The notes under the pieces: model-generated
Seen by the model: the letters and a program-made list of their open reading frames with translations, nothing else
The model's database searches: none
What the model was told of the DNA's origin: nothing
Shown: in pieces, positions 54,750-64,000 of the stretch
Layout: every line of letters begins with the position of its first letter
Numbering within the stretch: the first letter of the stretch is position 1
From: an uncultured delta proteobacterium
GTDB lineage: Bacteria; Desulfobacterota; Desulfuromonadia; Desulfuromonadales; BM103
NCBI GenBank assembly: GCA_963749425.1
Contig: CAVVMK010000003.1
Coordinates: 257,506-321,505 of the forward strand
Direction: 5' to 3'
DNA: 64,000 nucleotides
Program-made: the position numbers and the translations under genes

Positions 54750-54779
54750 TCCCGGCTCAGGCATAAAGGACGTTCAGGC

Positions 54780-55196
54780 ATGGCAGAGAAGCTCAAGCTG
54801 GAATTGGTCACCCCCTACCGACTGGTGTTGTCGCAGGAGGTTGACGAGGTGACCGCCCCCGGAACCCTCGGCGAGTTCGGGGTGCTCCCCGGACACACCC
54901 CGCTGCTGACCACGCTGAAAATCGGCGAGCTGACCTACAAGCAGGGTCCCGCCGTGTTTCACGTGGCGGTCAACTGGGGGTACGTGGAGGTCGAGAACGA
55001 CGTGGTCACGGTGTTGGTCGAAACCGCCGAGTTGGCCGACCAGATCGACCTGGCCCGCGCCCAGGCGGCGCTGGGCCGTGCCCAGGAGGCCCTGAAAAAG
55101 CTCTCCCCCGAAGACAAGGACTTCAAGATCATGGAGGCGGCGCTGGAGCGCGCGCTGATCCGTGTCCAGGTGGCCGGGAGCAAGTCAGCGCACTGA
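54780..55196 (+). CDS. atpC: F-type ATP synthase subunit epsilon
   Basis: 138 aa; LKLELVTPYRLVLSQEVDEVTAPGTLGEFGVLPGHTPLLT is typical of epsilon. Confidence 0.93.
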   Translation: MAEKLKLELVTPYRLVLSQEVDEVTAPGTLGEFGVLPGHTPLLTTLKIGELTYKQGPAVFHVAVNWGYVEVENDVVTVLVETAELADQIDLARAQAALGRAQEALKKLSPEDKDFKIMEAALERALIRVQVAGSKSAH

Positions 55197-55219
55197 GCAC
55201 GGTTTTGCAACGATATAAA

Positions 55220-55253
55220 ACGGGGACAGAATTGAATTTCTGCCCCCGTTTTT
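55220..55253 (+). terminator. Rho-independent terminator of the atp operon
   Basis: Stem ACGGGGACAGAA / TTCTGCCCCCGT (one A.C mismatch) with loop TTGAA, followed by TTTTT. Confidence 0.8.
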
Positions 55254-55326
55254 CATTGCCTGGCGGAGTGACCCGTAATGCGGTTATGCAATCACGCGCA
55301 AGGCCGCGAATTATCGGGCCCTCTGC

Positions 55327-55902
55327 TTAGGCGCGCCCCTTGACCAGCCTGGAAATCGCCCGGAACTGCTCGTGGCGGGAATCCTTGAGGAGCTGGAACA
55401 GGGCCATCTCGGCCGTGACCACCAAAGCCCCGGCGCGGGCGGCATTGGTCAGCCCGGCCAACAAATCCTCCTGGTTGCGGGAACAGACCGCATCACGCAC
55501 CAGGTGCACGTGATAGCCGGCGGCAAGCAGGCCGAGCACCGTCTGGTAAACGCAGACGTGGGCCTCCATGCCGGTGACGATCACCTGGCGGCGACCCGAC
55601 TGCGCGAGGGCTGTCAGGAACGCCGGTGCGCCGCAACAGCCGAAAGCGGTCTTTTCGATGACCCCCTGGGCACAGGCACCGGCAAGCTCCGCAACGGTAT
55701 GGCCGATCCCCTGTGGGTACTGTTCGGTGGTGATCACGGGAATGCCGAGCAGGCGGGCCGACTCGACCAGCATGACCGTGGTCTCGCGCATGCGCGCGTA
55801 GACCTCGCGAGGCATGGCGGGGACCAGCCGCTCCTGGACGTCGATGACGAGGAGGACCGCTTTGTCGTTGTCAAGCCAGTAGCTTTCAAGATCCAATGTC
55901 AT
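55327..55902 (-). CDS. Isochorismatase-family hydrolase
   Basis: 191 aa from ATG 55900-55902 (8 nt after AAGGAG). LLVIDVQERL and VIVTGMEAHVCVYQT (catalytic Cys context) are typical of isochorismatase/nicotinamidase-like hydrolases. Confidence 0.8.
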   Translation of the reverse strand: MTLDLESYWLDNDKAVLLVIDVQERLVPAMPREVYARMRETTVMLVESARLLGIPVITTEQYPQGIGHTVAELAGACAQGVIEKTAFGCCGAPAFLTALAQSGRRQVIVTGMEAHVCVYQTVLGLLAAGYHVHLVRDAVCSRNQEDLLAGLTNAARAGALVVTAEMALFQLLKDSRHEQFRAISRLVKGRA

Positions 55903-56687
55903 CACTTCGGCTCCTTGTCTAGATAGCTGCGCAGGGTGGTCAATGACTGGCGCAAGGCGTCGGGGTCGTGGGCTTCCAGGGTGATGGATGGCTTGCCCGG
56001 CAGGGCGGCCAGGGTGCGGAGCAGCGGCCCGAAATCGATGCTCCCGGCACCCACCGGCAGATGCTCGTCGCTTTCGCCGAAGTTGTCGTGCAGGTGCAGG
56101 TGCAGCAGGCGTGGCGCGATGGCGGTCAGCCATGCGTCTTGCGAGGTCCTGCCGAACAGGCGCCAGTGGCCGATGTCGAAACAGTGCCCGAACCAGGGGC
56201 TGGCCAGGCGCTCGACCAGGGCCAGCAGGGTTGTCGGCGATTCCTCATAGATATTTTCCAGGGCCAGCCGGCAGTCGCCCTGTTCGGCCTGAACGAGCAG
56301 CGGTGTCAAGGTGGCCGCGGCGTGATCGACCCAGGTTGCGGCAAGATTCGGGTAGCGCCAGCGATCATAGCCGGGATGCACGACCATCAGCTGCGCACCG
56401 AGCGTTTCGGCGGCCTGCAGCGCCTGGGTCAGCCGTTCGAAGGTGAGCTGGCGAACGCGCGGCTCCATGGCACCGGGGCTCAGATCGAAAAACGGTGCAT
56501 GCACGGTCGGACGACATCCCGCCGCCTCGAGGGTGCGGGCGACGGCGGTCAAACGTGCGCCGGTGAGCAGATCGAGATCCGGCCCCTTGAAGGCAATCTC
56601 CGGCGCCAGGCCGAGGTCGAGTATTCGCGGCAGGAATTCGTCGCAGCGCAGCCAGGGAAGATGCGCGTGCAGGGTTTCAGCGAGCAC
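55902..56687 (-). CDS. Xylose-isomerase-like TIM-barrel protein (sugar phosphate isomerase/epimerase family)
   Basis: 261 aa with VHAPF, MVVHPG, LALEN and HLHLHDN metal-ligand-type motifs of the AP-endonuclease-2/xylose isomerase-like fold. An ATGA overlap links it to the downstream gene. Confidence 0.7.
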   Translation of the reverse strand: MLAETLHAHLPWLRCDEFLPRILDLGLAPEIAFKGPDLDLLTGARLTAVARTLEAAGCRPTVHAPFFDLSPGAMEPRVRQLTFERLTQALQAAETLGAQLMVVHPGYDRWRYPNLAATWVDHAAATLTPLLVQAEQGDCRLALENIYEESPTTLLALVERLASPWFGHCFDIGHWRLFGRTSQDAWLTAIAPRLLHLHLHDNFGESDEHLPVGAGSIDFGPLLRTLAALPGKPSITLEAHDPDALRQSLTTLRSYLDKEPK

Positions 56688-57690
56688 TGGCGTTACCCTT
56701 GGCGATCTGTTCGAGCTGGGTGATGGCGAGGCGCTCGCCGAGAATGATCAGCACACTCCCGGCGATGATGCGGGCGGTCGGGGCCGGGTTGAAGAGCATG
56801 TGACCGTCGGGCTGCTTGATGGCGACGATGATGATCCCCATGGCCTGGCGGATGCCGGAGGCGACCAGATCCTTGCCCACCAGGCCGGAGTGGGCAGCCA
56901 CCTCGATTTCCTCGAGTTGCAGGGCCAGATTCTCCCGGGTGGTCGCCAGTTCGATGAAGTCGACCACCGACGGGCGCAAGATGGCATGAGCCATGCGCGT
57001 GGCGCCGATGGTGTAGGGGGAAATGACCTTGGAAGCGCCGGCGCGCATCAACTTGACGTCAGCGCCTTCCTCGCCGGCGCGGGCCAGGATGAAGAGCTGC
57101 GGGTTGAGCCCGCGGGCCGTCAGGGTGATGTAAACGTTATCGGTGTCCGAGGTCACCGCGGTAATCAGGCCACGTGCCCTCTCGATGCCGGCGGCCAGCA
57201 GAGAGTCGTCTTCGGTGGCGTTTCCCTGGACAAAGAGAAGATGCTCACGGCCCAGGCGCTCGCAGAGATGGGCATTTTTCTCGACGACCACGAAGGGCAC
57301 CGGCCGGGCCTGAAATTCCTTGCAGATCAGCTGGCCGATGCGTCCGAAACCGCAGACGATATAGTGATCCCTGAGGTGGTCAATCTGCTTGTTCATTTTT
57401 CTCCTCCCCACCAGCTGTCCAAGCTGCCCATCGACCATGAACTGGATGACGCTGCCGGCGGCATAGGTGATGACGCCGACGCCGAAGATGATCAGGACGA
57501 TGGTGAAGGCTTTCCCTTCCGGCGACAGCTCGTGAACCTCTTTGAAGCCGACCGTCGCGATAGTGATGATGGTCATGTACAGGGCGTCGAAGAGCGACCA
57601 CCCTTCGATAAGGGTATAGCCGACCGTTCCGGCAACCAGCACCAGGGCCAGGAGGCTCAGCGACAAGGGCAGGTTTCGTACAGAATTCAT
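56677..57690 (-). CDS. Two-TM ion channel with cytoplasmic RCK (TrkA-N/TrkA-C) domains, MthK-like
   Basis: TM1, pore helix and filter region (DALYMTIITIATVGFKEV), then TM2, then the Rossmann-like HYIVCGFGRIGQ and a C-terminal TrkA-C-like domain. 337 aa. Confidence 0.8.
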   Translation of the reverse strand: MNSVRNLPLSLSLLALVLVAGTVGYTLIEGWSLFDALYMTIITIATVGFKEVHELSPEGKAFTIVLIIFGVGVITYAAGSVIQFMVDGQLGQLVGRRKMNKQIDHLRDHYIVCGFGRIGQLICKEFQARPVPFVVVEKNAHLCERLGREHLLFVQGNATEDDSLLAAGIERARGLITAVTSDTDNVYITLTARGLNPQLFILARAGEEGADVKLMRAGASKVISPYTIGATRMAHAILRPSVVDFIELATTRENLALQLEEIEVAAHSGLVGKDLVASGIRQAMGIIIVAIKQPDGHMLFNPAPTARIIAGSVLIILGERLAITQLEQIAKGNASAR

Positions 57691-57787
57691 CTGGCTTTCT
57701 CATGGAGGGTTCTGCCGATGATAGCGGTGAGCAGAAGAAAAGGCAAGTTGTTGGCTTGGTTATGCTTTTTTTCGAGGGGGAAAAGGC

Positions 57788-57815
57788 TTGACAAACATTG
57801 TATACAGTATACAAT
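57788..57815 (+). promoter_or_regulatory. Near-consensus sigma70 promoter overlapped by a 19-bp palindromic operator (divergent spacer between the channel operon and the GntR gene)
   Basis: TTGACA (57788-57793), 16 nt, TACAAT (57810-57815). The perfect palindrome ATTGTATAC-A-GTATACAAT occupies 57797-57815. Confidence 0.65.
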
Positions 57816-57842
57816 TTGCAGAGCCTTTACAAGGGGGTTGCT

Positions 57843-58547
57843 GTGCGTCGCAAGCCGATTGAACGACATCAGACCTTGCGGGAAAAGATCCTGGAATCGA
57901 TTCGCGAGGCAATTCTCAAGGGGAGCCTCAAGCCCGGCGAGCGGGTCTCCGAACCGGAACTGGCCGAGCGCTTCGGCATCAGCCGTACCCCGATCCGCGA
58001 GGCGTTCCGTCAGCTCGAATCGGAAGGTTACCTGGAGGTCATTCCGCGCAAAGGCGCCGTGGTGGCCTCCCTTTCCGAGCGCGACGTGGTCGAATTCTAT
58101 GCCATCAAGAGCATTCTCGAGGGCTATGCGGCGCGGATGGCCGCCGAGCGGATGTCGGAGCGCGACCTCGAGCGGCTCGAGACTATCAACCAGAAGCTGC
58201 AGCAGATTGCCCAGGAAGGGGATATCAAGACCTTTTTCCGGGTACACAACGAGTTTCACGAACTCTTTATCAAGGCTTCGGGCAATGACAAGCTGACCGA
58301 GCTGATCAACCAGCTGGTGCTCAAATTCAACCGCCTGCGCCTCGCGTCACTGTCACAACCGGGCCGCATGGATATCTCGGTGCAGGAGCATCGCAAGATC
58401 ATCGAGGCCTTTCGCAAGCATGATGGTGAGCAGGCCGACAACCTGGTGCGCCGAACCGCCATCATCGGCGCCGAGGTGCTGATCCAGAGCCTGGCTCACG
58501 AACAGGGGCGAAAGACGGAATCGACGGTACGCCGGGTCGACGTCTGA
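57843..58547 (+). CDS. GntR-family transcriptional regulator (FadR/FCD subfamily)
   Basis: The N-terminal wHTH is SEPELAERFGISRTPIREAFRQLESEGYL, and the C-terminus is an all-helical FCD-like domain. GTG 57843 lies 5 nt after AAGGGGG; the track ORF begins 15 codons earlier, inside the promoter. Confidence 0.85.
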   Translation: MRRKPIERHQTLREKILESIREAILKGSLKPGERVSEPELAERFGISRTPIREAFRQLESEGYLEVIPRKGAVVASLSERDVVEFYAIKSILEGYAARMAAERMSERDLERLETINQKLQQIAQEGDIKTFFRVHNEFHELFIKASGNDKLTELINQLVLKFNRLRLASLSQPGRMDISVQEHRKIIEAFRKHDGEQADNLVRRTAIIGAEVLIQSLAHEQGRKTESTVRRVDV

Positions 58548-58577
58548 CCGGGGGATGATCCCGACCGAAAACTCCGA

Positions 58578-58606
58578 CCCGCCGGCAACGGCGGGTTTGT
58601 TTATTT
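58578..58606 (+). terminator. Rho-independent terminator after the GntR gene
   Basis: Stem CCCGCCG / CGGCGGG with loop GCAA, followed by TTTGTTTATTT. Confidence 0.75.
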
Positions 58607-58607
58607 C

Positions 58608-59396
58608 TCAGGTGCGCAACCGATAGCTGCGGGCGATGAGAATTGCTGCCCAGGTGAACAGGGCCGCGGCCATCAGGACGCTGACGGCGAAGGCGGTCAG
58701 GAACGAGAGATCCCCCTGCCCGAGCAGGGCGTGGCGGAAGCCGTCGATCAGATAGAAGAGCGGGTTGAGATGAGAGAGGCCGGCCCAGGCCGGGGGGAGG
58801 ATGGAGATCGGATAGAAGACGCCGCCGAGGTAGATCAGCGGCAGCAGGATGAAGTTGGTGTACATTGCGAGGGAATCGAAAGAATTGGCGTAGATCGCGG
58901 TGATGATCCCGAACTGGGCGAAGAGGAAGCTGGCGAGTACGGCCATGGCCATGGCCAGCAGCGGATGTACCCAGGGGAGCGTGGCGAAGCACAGGGAGAT
59001 CAGCCAGACCACCATGCCGACCGCCAGGCCGCGCAGCATCGCCGCCAAGGTGTAGGCCATGATGAATTGCGCCGGGGTCAGCGGGGTCACCAGCAGGTCG
59101 ACGATGTTGCCAAGGTAGCGGGACATGAACAGTGACGAGGCGACGTTGGAAAAGGAATTGTTGATGACGCCCATGAGAATCAATCCGGGGATGACGAACT
59201 GGGCATAGCTGAACCCCTCGAGCACGCTGATCCGGGTGCCTAGCGTGGCCCCGAAGATGAACAGGTAAAGCGCCGCGGTGATCACCGGGGTAACCAGGGT
59301 CTGCGAGGCGACCCGCAGGAAGCGGCGCACCTCTTTCTGGAAGAGGGTGTAGAACGGCAGCCAGGGGGTGAACTCGGGGAGGCGCGGGTCGATCAT
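58608..59396 (-). CDS. ABC-2 type transporter permease
   Basis: 262 aa from ATG 59394-59396 (MIDPRLPEFTPWLPFY...), six TM helices, ABC-2 family look. An ATGA overlap links it to the ATPase gene. The upstream 112 codons of the track ORF were discarded. Confidence 0.82.
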   Translation of the reverse strand: MIDPRLPEFTPWLPFYTLFQKEVRRFLRVASQTLVTPVITAALYLFIFGATLGTRISVLEGFSYAQFVIPGLILMGVINNSFSNVASSLFMSRYLGNIVDLLVTPLTPAQFIMAYTLAAMLRGLAVGMVVWLISLCFATLPWVHPLLAMAMAVLASFLFAQFGIITAIYANSFDSLAMYTNFILLPLIYLGGVFYPISILPPAWAGLSHLNPLFYLIDGFRHALLGQGDLSFLTAFAVSVLMAAALFTWAAILIARSYRLRT

Positions 59397-60331
59397 CACC
59401 GGCTCCCGCCGTTGGCTGGGGCATCCTTGGTGATCTGCAGAAAGACTTCTTCCAGCCCGGCCCGCTTGGTTTCGAGATCGGCGACCGGCAGGCCGCAACG
59501 GCCGAGCAGATCGAGCAGGTCGCCGGTGGTCTGGGGTGGCGGCAGGGTCAGGCGCACGGTGCGGCCATTGTCGTCGAGGCGCGCGCCCCAGGCGAGCAAC
59601 TGCTCCGGAAGGGCCGCCCGCGGCTCGCGCAGATGCACGATCACGTCGCGGGTGCCGAGGCGCTCGACCAGAGCCCCGGTGGCCTCCAGGGCAATCACTT
59701 CGCCGTGGTGCATGATGGCGATGCGGTCGCACATCTGTTCGGCCTCCTCGAGATAGTGGGTGGTGAGCAGGATGGTGGTCCCTTCGCGATTGATTTCGCG
59801 GACGAACTCCCAGAGGGTATGGCGCAGCTCCACATCGACCCCGGCGGTCGGCTCGTCGAGAATCAGCAGGCGCGGTTTGTGGAGCATCGCCTTGGCGATC
59901 ATGAAACGCCGCTTCAAGCCACCGGAGAGCTTGATCATCACCTTGTGCAGGTGCGGGCCGAGCCCCAGGCGCTCGATCAGCCTCTGTCGCCAGGCCGGAT
60001 CGACACGAACCCCATAGTAACCGGCATGAAATCTCAGCGTCTGGTCGATGGTGAAGAAGTTGTCGATAACCACTTCCTGGTGCATGACTCCGACCAGGCG
60101 ACGGGTGATCCGGTAGTCGCGCTGATTGTCGTATCCGAAGACTTCGATGGTCCCGCTGCCGAGGCGGGTGACCCCGGCAATCATGTTGATGGTGGTACTC
60201 TTGCCGGCACCGTTTGGACCGAGCAGGCCGAAAACCTCGCCAGGGTGGATGGTCAAGGAGATCCCCTTGACCGCCGGCTGGCCGTCATATTGCTTGACAA
60301 GGTTGTGGATGGCAAGGGCGGGAGCAGACAT
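59396..60331 (-). CDS. ABC transporter ATP-binding protein
   Basis: Start MSAPALAIHNLVKQY, Walker A GPNGAGKST, signature LSGGLKRR and Walker B LLILDEPT. Confidence 0.92.
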   Translation of the reverse strand: MSAPALAIHNLVKQYDGQPAVKGISLTIHPGEVFGLLGPNGAGKSTTINMIAGVTRLGSGTIEVFGYDNQRDYRITRRLVGVMHQEVVIDNFFTIDQTLRFHAGYYGVRVDPAWRQRLIERLGLGPHLHKVMIKLSGGLKRRFMIAKAMLHKPRLLILDEPTAGVDVELRHTLWEFVREINREGTTILLTTHYLEEAEQMCDRIAIMHHGEVIALEATGALVERLGTRDVIVHLREPRAALPEQLLAWGARLDDNGRTVRLTLPPPQTTGDLLDLLGRCGLPVADLETKRAGLEEVFLQITKDAPANGGSR

Positions 60332-60446
60332 GGTGTCTTTGTTATGCCGAGGGCGTCGATGGTTGTCAAGTGCTGGACGGCAACCGGTTGGCATGGTAAA
60401 CGATTAGGTAAGTACAGGGTAAACCGGGACCAAGGAGGAAACCGCG

Positions 60447-61289
60447 ATGAAGACAATGCGTTTGGGAGGAGGGCTGGCCTTGCCGCTGGTCCTGGCGTGG
60501 ACCGTTCTGGCCGGGGCTGCCGTGCAGGTGGAGAGCACCCAGACCGTGTCCCTGCCGAAAACGGTGCTCGATGTGGCAACCACCCTTGACGGGACCAGGC
60601 TGTTCGTCCTGATGAAAGGTGGCGAAGTCCAGGTGCTCGCCCCGAACGGACAGCTGCTCGACCGTTTGTCCTTGGCGGCGGCCGCCGAACGGCTGGCCGT
60701 CTCCCCGGAGGGAGAGCGGTTGTACGTGGCGGTCGGGTCGGAATTGCAGGTGGTGAACATTTCCGCCCAGCATGAGCTGCCGGTTCTCAATTCCCCCGCC
60801 AAGGGACCAGCCAATGCCCCGGTCACCCTCACGGTGTTCAGTGACTTCCAGTGTCCCTACTGTTCGCGCCTGGTTGCTTTTGTCGATGAAGTGCTGGCCA
60901 AGAATCCCGCTACGGTCCGCGTCGTCTTCAAGCAGTTTCCCCTGCGCATGCACAACATGGCGATGCCGGCAGCCCTGGCCAGCCTGGCAGCACGTGAACA
61001 GGGGAAATTCTGGCCGCTGCACGATTTGCTCTTCGCCAACTTCAACCAGTTGAACGAAGAGAAGATTCGCAGCCTTGCCCAACAGGCTGGTCTCGATATG
61101 GGGCGTTTCGACCGGGACCGAACCTCCCAACGGTTGCTCGAAGAGGTGGCCCGCGACCAGCAGCTCGGCCAGCAAGCCGAGGTGAAGGGGACGCCCACCC
61201 TGTTCCTCAACGGCAAGGTGCTGCGCGAGCGAACCCTTGCGGACGTGCAGAAGCTGATCGACCGCGAAGTGGTCAGTTCCAGGAGGTAA
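60447..61289 (+). CDS. Periplasmic DsbA-family thiol:disulfide oxidoreductase with an N-terminal extension
   Basis: A signal peptide, a ~100-aa repeat-like N-terminal part (LFVLMKGGEVQVL / LYVAVGSELQVV), then a thioredoxin fold with FSDFQCPYC and GTPTLFLNG (cis-Pro loop). Confidence 0.8.
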   Translation: MKTMRLGGGLALPLVLAWTVLAGAAVQVESTQTVSLPKTVLDVATTLDGTRLFVLMKGGEVQVLAPNGQLLDRLSLAAAAERLAVSPEGERLYVAVGSELQVVNISAQHELPVLNSPAKGPANAPVTLTVFSDFQCPYCSRLVAFVDEVLAKNPATVRVVFKQFPLRMHNMAMPAALASLAAREQGKFWPLHDLLFANFNQLNEEKIRSLAQQAGLDMGRFDRDRTSQRLLEEVARDQQLGQQAEVKGTPTLFLNGKVLRERTLADVQKLIDREVVSSRR

Positions 61290-61293
61290 CCAT

Positions 61294-61890
61294 ATGTCTT
61301 GGCTAAGCAGAGGGTGGTTCTTCCTGGTCCTGATCCTTGCCGCTTGTGCCCGACCCGTCGAACCTCCCCAGCCGACCGCGGCGTTTGCCGCCCTTGATAT
61401 CGGCCGGGTTGCCATTGGGCCGGTGGCGTATGCGGTGAGACAGCCGGACGAGAAGTGCAGCGCTTTTATCGATGAGGATATTCGCAGCGCCGTGGCCCGT
61501 ACCGTGAACGACCGTGGATACCAAACCGTTGCCGTTGGCGAGAGCGTCGCGCGCTCTTTCGCTCCGGGGCCACCGCCGCCAGCGCCGGGGGTTGTTCCCC
61601 CCGCGGCCGCGAGTTTGCCGGAAGGGGCGGATGCCTTGCTGCAGGTCTGGATCGAGGAGTACTGGGAGAACAGCCTGTGTGGCTGGGAGGGGCCGAAGTA
61701 CCTGACCATCGGTGCCGTGGGCGCCCTCTATGCAGGCTCTCCGCCGCGAGAGGTCTGGCGCGGCCAGGCCCGTGCCGAAGAGCAGGGCTATTACCGTGGC
61801 CGGGATCTGATTTGGGTCACCACGACACGGCTCGCTACCGGCCTGATGATGTCCTTGCCGGCGGGGCCGGACTGGCCAGGGAAGCGCTAG
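61294..61890 (+). CDS. Hypothetical lipoprotein
   Basis: 198 aa with lipobox LILAAC and a Pro-rich central linker. I recognise no family. Confidence 0.5.
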   Translation: MSWLSRGWFFLVLILAACARPVEPPQPTAAFAALDIGRVAIGPVAYAVRQPDEKCSAFIDEDIRSAVARTVNDRGYQTVAVGESVARSFAPGPPPPAPGVVPPAAASLPEGADALLQVWIEEYWENSLCGWEGPKYLTIGAVGALYAGSPPREVWRGQARAEEQGYYRGRDLIWVTTTRLATGLMMSLPAGPDWPGKR

Positions 61891-61902
61891 GCAAAAACCG
61901 GG

Positions 61903-62664
61903 TCAAGCCGGATCGATGGTTGCGGAGCGATCATCCCGGGGATTGTTCCTGCCGAAAAACCGTGTCAACACGACTCCGATTTCGAAAAGCAGATACATCG
62001 GCACGGCCAGCACGGTCTGCGACACCACGTCGGGCGGCGAGAAGATCGCGCCGAGGATGAAGCAGCCGAGCAGGGCGTATTTGCGGTTGCGGGCCAGCAT
62101 CGGGTAATTGACCACCCCCATGCGGGCCAGGAAGAAGAGGATGATCGGCAGCTCGAAGGTGATGCCGAAGGCCAGCAGCATCTGCCCGGCCAGGGAAAGA
62201 TAGCTGCCCATCGAGAGCATCGGCACCACCTCGCCGTGGGCGGTGCCGGCCTGGACCAGGAAGCCGAACATCAGCGGGAAGGCGACGATGAAGCCGAAGG
62301 CGGTGCCGGCGATAAAGCACCCCGAGCTGAGCACCACGAAGGGGATGACGTAGCGTTTTTCGTGGGCGTACAGGCCGGGGGCGATGAACCCCCAGAGCTG
62401 CCAGAAAATAACTGGCAGGGCTACCAGTAAGCCGGCAAAGGCGCCGATCTTCAGGTAGGCGAAGAACGGTTCGGTAGCAGTAATGAAGACCAGCTTGGTC
62501 CCTTCGGGAAGTGCCTCCCGCAGGGGCCGCGAGATCATCAGGTACATCTGCTCGGCATAGTTGTAGCAGACCATGAACGCGACAAACCAGGCGGCGAACG
62601 CCCGGACGATGCGCTTGCGCAGCTCCTCAAGGTGCTGCATCAACGACATGCGGCCATCATCCAT
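61903..62664 (-). CDS. tatC: Twin-arginine translocase subunit TatC
   Basis: 253 aa; [14 protein letters not shown] is a TatC-typical start, with six TM helices and the FSPPDVVSQ motif. Confidence 0.93.
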   Translation of the reverse strand: MDDGRMSLMQHLEELRKRIVRAFAAWFVAFMVCYNYAEQMYLMISRPLREALPEGTKLVFITATEPFFAYLKIGAFAGLLVALPVIFWQLWGFIAPGLYAHEKRYVIPFVVLSSGCFIAGTAFGFIVAFPLMFGFLVQAGTAHGEVVPMLSMGSYLSLAGQMLLAFGITFELPIILFFLARMGVVNYPMLARNRKYALLGCFILGAIFSPPDVVSQTVLAVPMYLLFEIGVVLTRFFGRNNPRDDRSATIDPA

Positions 62665-63049
62665 CGGTGGGCTCCGTGCGCTGGTCCGGTCTCACCGGGG
62701 TGCCGTCGGGCAGCGGGGCGGTCGCCGGTTCGGTTGCCGGTTCGGTTGCCGTTGCCGCAACGGTTTCCTGGGCAGCTGCGGGTTCTGCCGAAGAAGGTTC
62801 CGGAGGGTAGGGATTCATCGCGTCGGGGGGGCGGATCTTCCCCTCGGCAAGGAGTTTGTCGCGAAGCTCCCGGGCCCGCGCCACCCGGGATTCCTCCTCG
62901 AAGGTCTGTTTGAGTTCGTCGGTGGCCCGGCGGAATTCGGCAAAGCCGCGACCGAGGGCTCGGGCCAGGTCGGGGAGGCGTTTGGGGCCGATAACCACCA
63001 GGGCGATGACCGCAATCAGCAGCAATTCCGGAAAGCCGATACCGAACAT
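62657..63049 (-). CDS. tatB: Twin-arginine translocase TatA/B-family subunit (TatB-like)
   Basis: [26 protein letters not shown] plus an amphipathic helix and an unstructured Pro/Ala/Glu tail. 130 aa from ATG 63047-63049. It overlaps tatC by 8 nt. Confidence 0.85.
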   Translation of the reverse strand: MFGIGFPELLLIAVIALVVIGPKRLPDLARALGRGFAEFRRATDELKQTFEEESRVARARELRDKLLAEGKIRPPDAMNPYPPEPSSAEPAAAQETVAATATEPATEPATAPLPDGTPVRPDQRTEPTDG

Positions 63050-63189
63050 GGATCTGACCTGAAGGGTCCTGCACCAGCGGCCGAGGGTCCGGCAGGCTCG
63101 CGAAGGGCTCGGCAAAAGACTCCATCAGTGGAGTGTGCCGAGGATAACGGCTGGGACGCTCGCTGTCAAGCACGCCGCATGTTAAACGT

Positions 63190-63218
63190 TTGACATAACA
63201 ATGTTTTTACCATAAAGT
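63190..63218 (+). promoter_or_regulatory. Candidate sigma70 promoter of nadA
   Basis: TTGACA (63190-63195), 17 nt, TAAAGT (63213-63218), 34 nt upstream of the nadA ATG. Confidence 0.35.
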
Positions 63219-63251
63219 CAGTTATTAAACCGCACCGGGGACAGCGTAGCG

Positions 63252-64000
63252 ATGGCTTCGTCACAACTCGTTCAGGAAATCCGCCAGCTTGCCGCCGAGC
63301 GCGAGGCCCTGATTCTCGCCCATAACTATCAACGGGACGAAATCCAGGCGATTGCCGACATTTGCGGCGATTCTCTCGGCCTGTCCCAGGAAGCGGCCGC
63401 TACCGACAAGCCGGTCATCGTCTTCTGCGGCGTGCACTTCATGGCCGAGAGCGCAGCAATTCTTGCGCCGCACAAGACCGTGCTGCTGCCGCGCGCCGAT
63501 GCCGGCTGTCCGATGGCCGACATGATCACGCCCGACGGGGTCAGGCGGATGCGGGAGCGTTATCCCGGAGCGCCGGTCGTTACCTATGTCAATTCCAGTG
63601 CCGCGGTGAAGGCCGAGAGCGACATCTGCTGCACCAGCGCCAACGCGGTCCGGGTAGTCAATTCCCTGGACGCCGCCGAGGTGATCCTGACCCCGGACCG
63701 CAACCTGGGGATGTATATTGCCCGCCACACCAGCAAGCGCTGTCATCTCTGGGATGGCTACTGCCCGACCCACGAGCGGCTGACGGTCGAGGATGTCACC
63801 CGGGCGAAAGGCGACTTCCCGGAGGCCCTGTTCATGGCCCATCCGGAATGTCCCCCGGAGATCCTCGACATCGCCGATCACATCTGCTCGACCAGCGGCA
63901 TGTATGTCTATGCCCGGCAAAGTCCGGCCAAGCGCTTCATCGTCGGCACCGAGGCCGGCATCCTGTACCGGCTGCGCCTGGAGAACCCGGACAAGGAGTT
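63252..64000 (+). CDS. nadA: Quinolinate synthase NadA (N-terminal ~250 codons; the gene continues beyond the right edge)
   Basis: Open-ended, so absent from the ORF track. It translates [45 protein letters not shown]...[15 protein letters not shown]...AGCPMADM...YVNSSA...CCTSANA...HPECP, the canonical NadA motifs. Confidence 0.92.
   Translation, partial: MASSQLVQEIRQLAAEREALILAHNYQRDEIQAIADICGDSLGLSQEAAATDKPVIVFCGVHFMAESAAILAPHKTVLLPRADAGCPMADMITPDGVRRMRERYPGAPVVTYVNSSAAVKAESDICCTSANAVRVVNSLDAAEVILTPDRNLGMYIARHTSKRCHLWDGYCPTHERLTVEDVTRAKGDFPEALFMAHPECPPEILDIADHICSTSGMYVYARQSPAKRFIVGTEAGILYRLRLENPDKE

Overview
This is a high-GC (by eye roughly 60-65 %) bacterial chromosome segment covering the replication-origin neighbourhood. 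On the minus strand, dnaA-dnaN-recF-gyrB-gyrA and about 10 further genes run leftward. On the plus strand, rpmH-rnpA-yidD-yidC-mnmE-mnmG-rsmG-parA-parB-bactofilin and an F1Fo ATP synthase operon (b', b, delta, alpha, gamma, beta, epsilon) run rightward. The left part holds hrcA-grpE-dnaK with a CIRCE operator, a secreted decaheme c-type cytochrome, selB, a complete tolQ-tolR-tolA-tolB-pal-cpoB cluster, queC-folE2, pyk and a class A PBP. The gene order suggests a Desulfuromonadales/Geobacter-like deltaproteobacterium, but that is inferred from synteny only, without a database search. About 65 protein genes are called, almost all housekeeping. I recognised no rRNA, tRNA, CRISPR array, transposase, integrase or phage genes, and I did not find a convincing new multi-gene system. 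The points most worth a second look are: (1) two remote arrays of three head-to-tail DnaA boxes with identical 9/12-bp phasing at the 5' ends of nth and a DUF2064 gene; (2) a roughly 250-bp tandem duplication of the structured, G-rich folE2 leader plus its first codons, which creates a 32-codon sORF; (3) a 15-nt identical palindromic GntR-type operator in both the regulator's own promoter and the ATP synthase promoter; (4) mnmE broken by five separate +1 frameshifts while all neighbours are intact, plus one +1 frameshift in the class A PBP gene; (5) a decaheme cytochrome with an Asp/Cys-rich MopE-like module. Start codons were chosen by eye from SD spacing and homology, and motif coordinates may be off by 1-2 nt. 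Most long ORFs in the track that lie antisense to these genes are high-GC shadow ORFs and were ignored.
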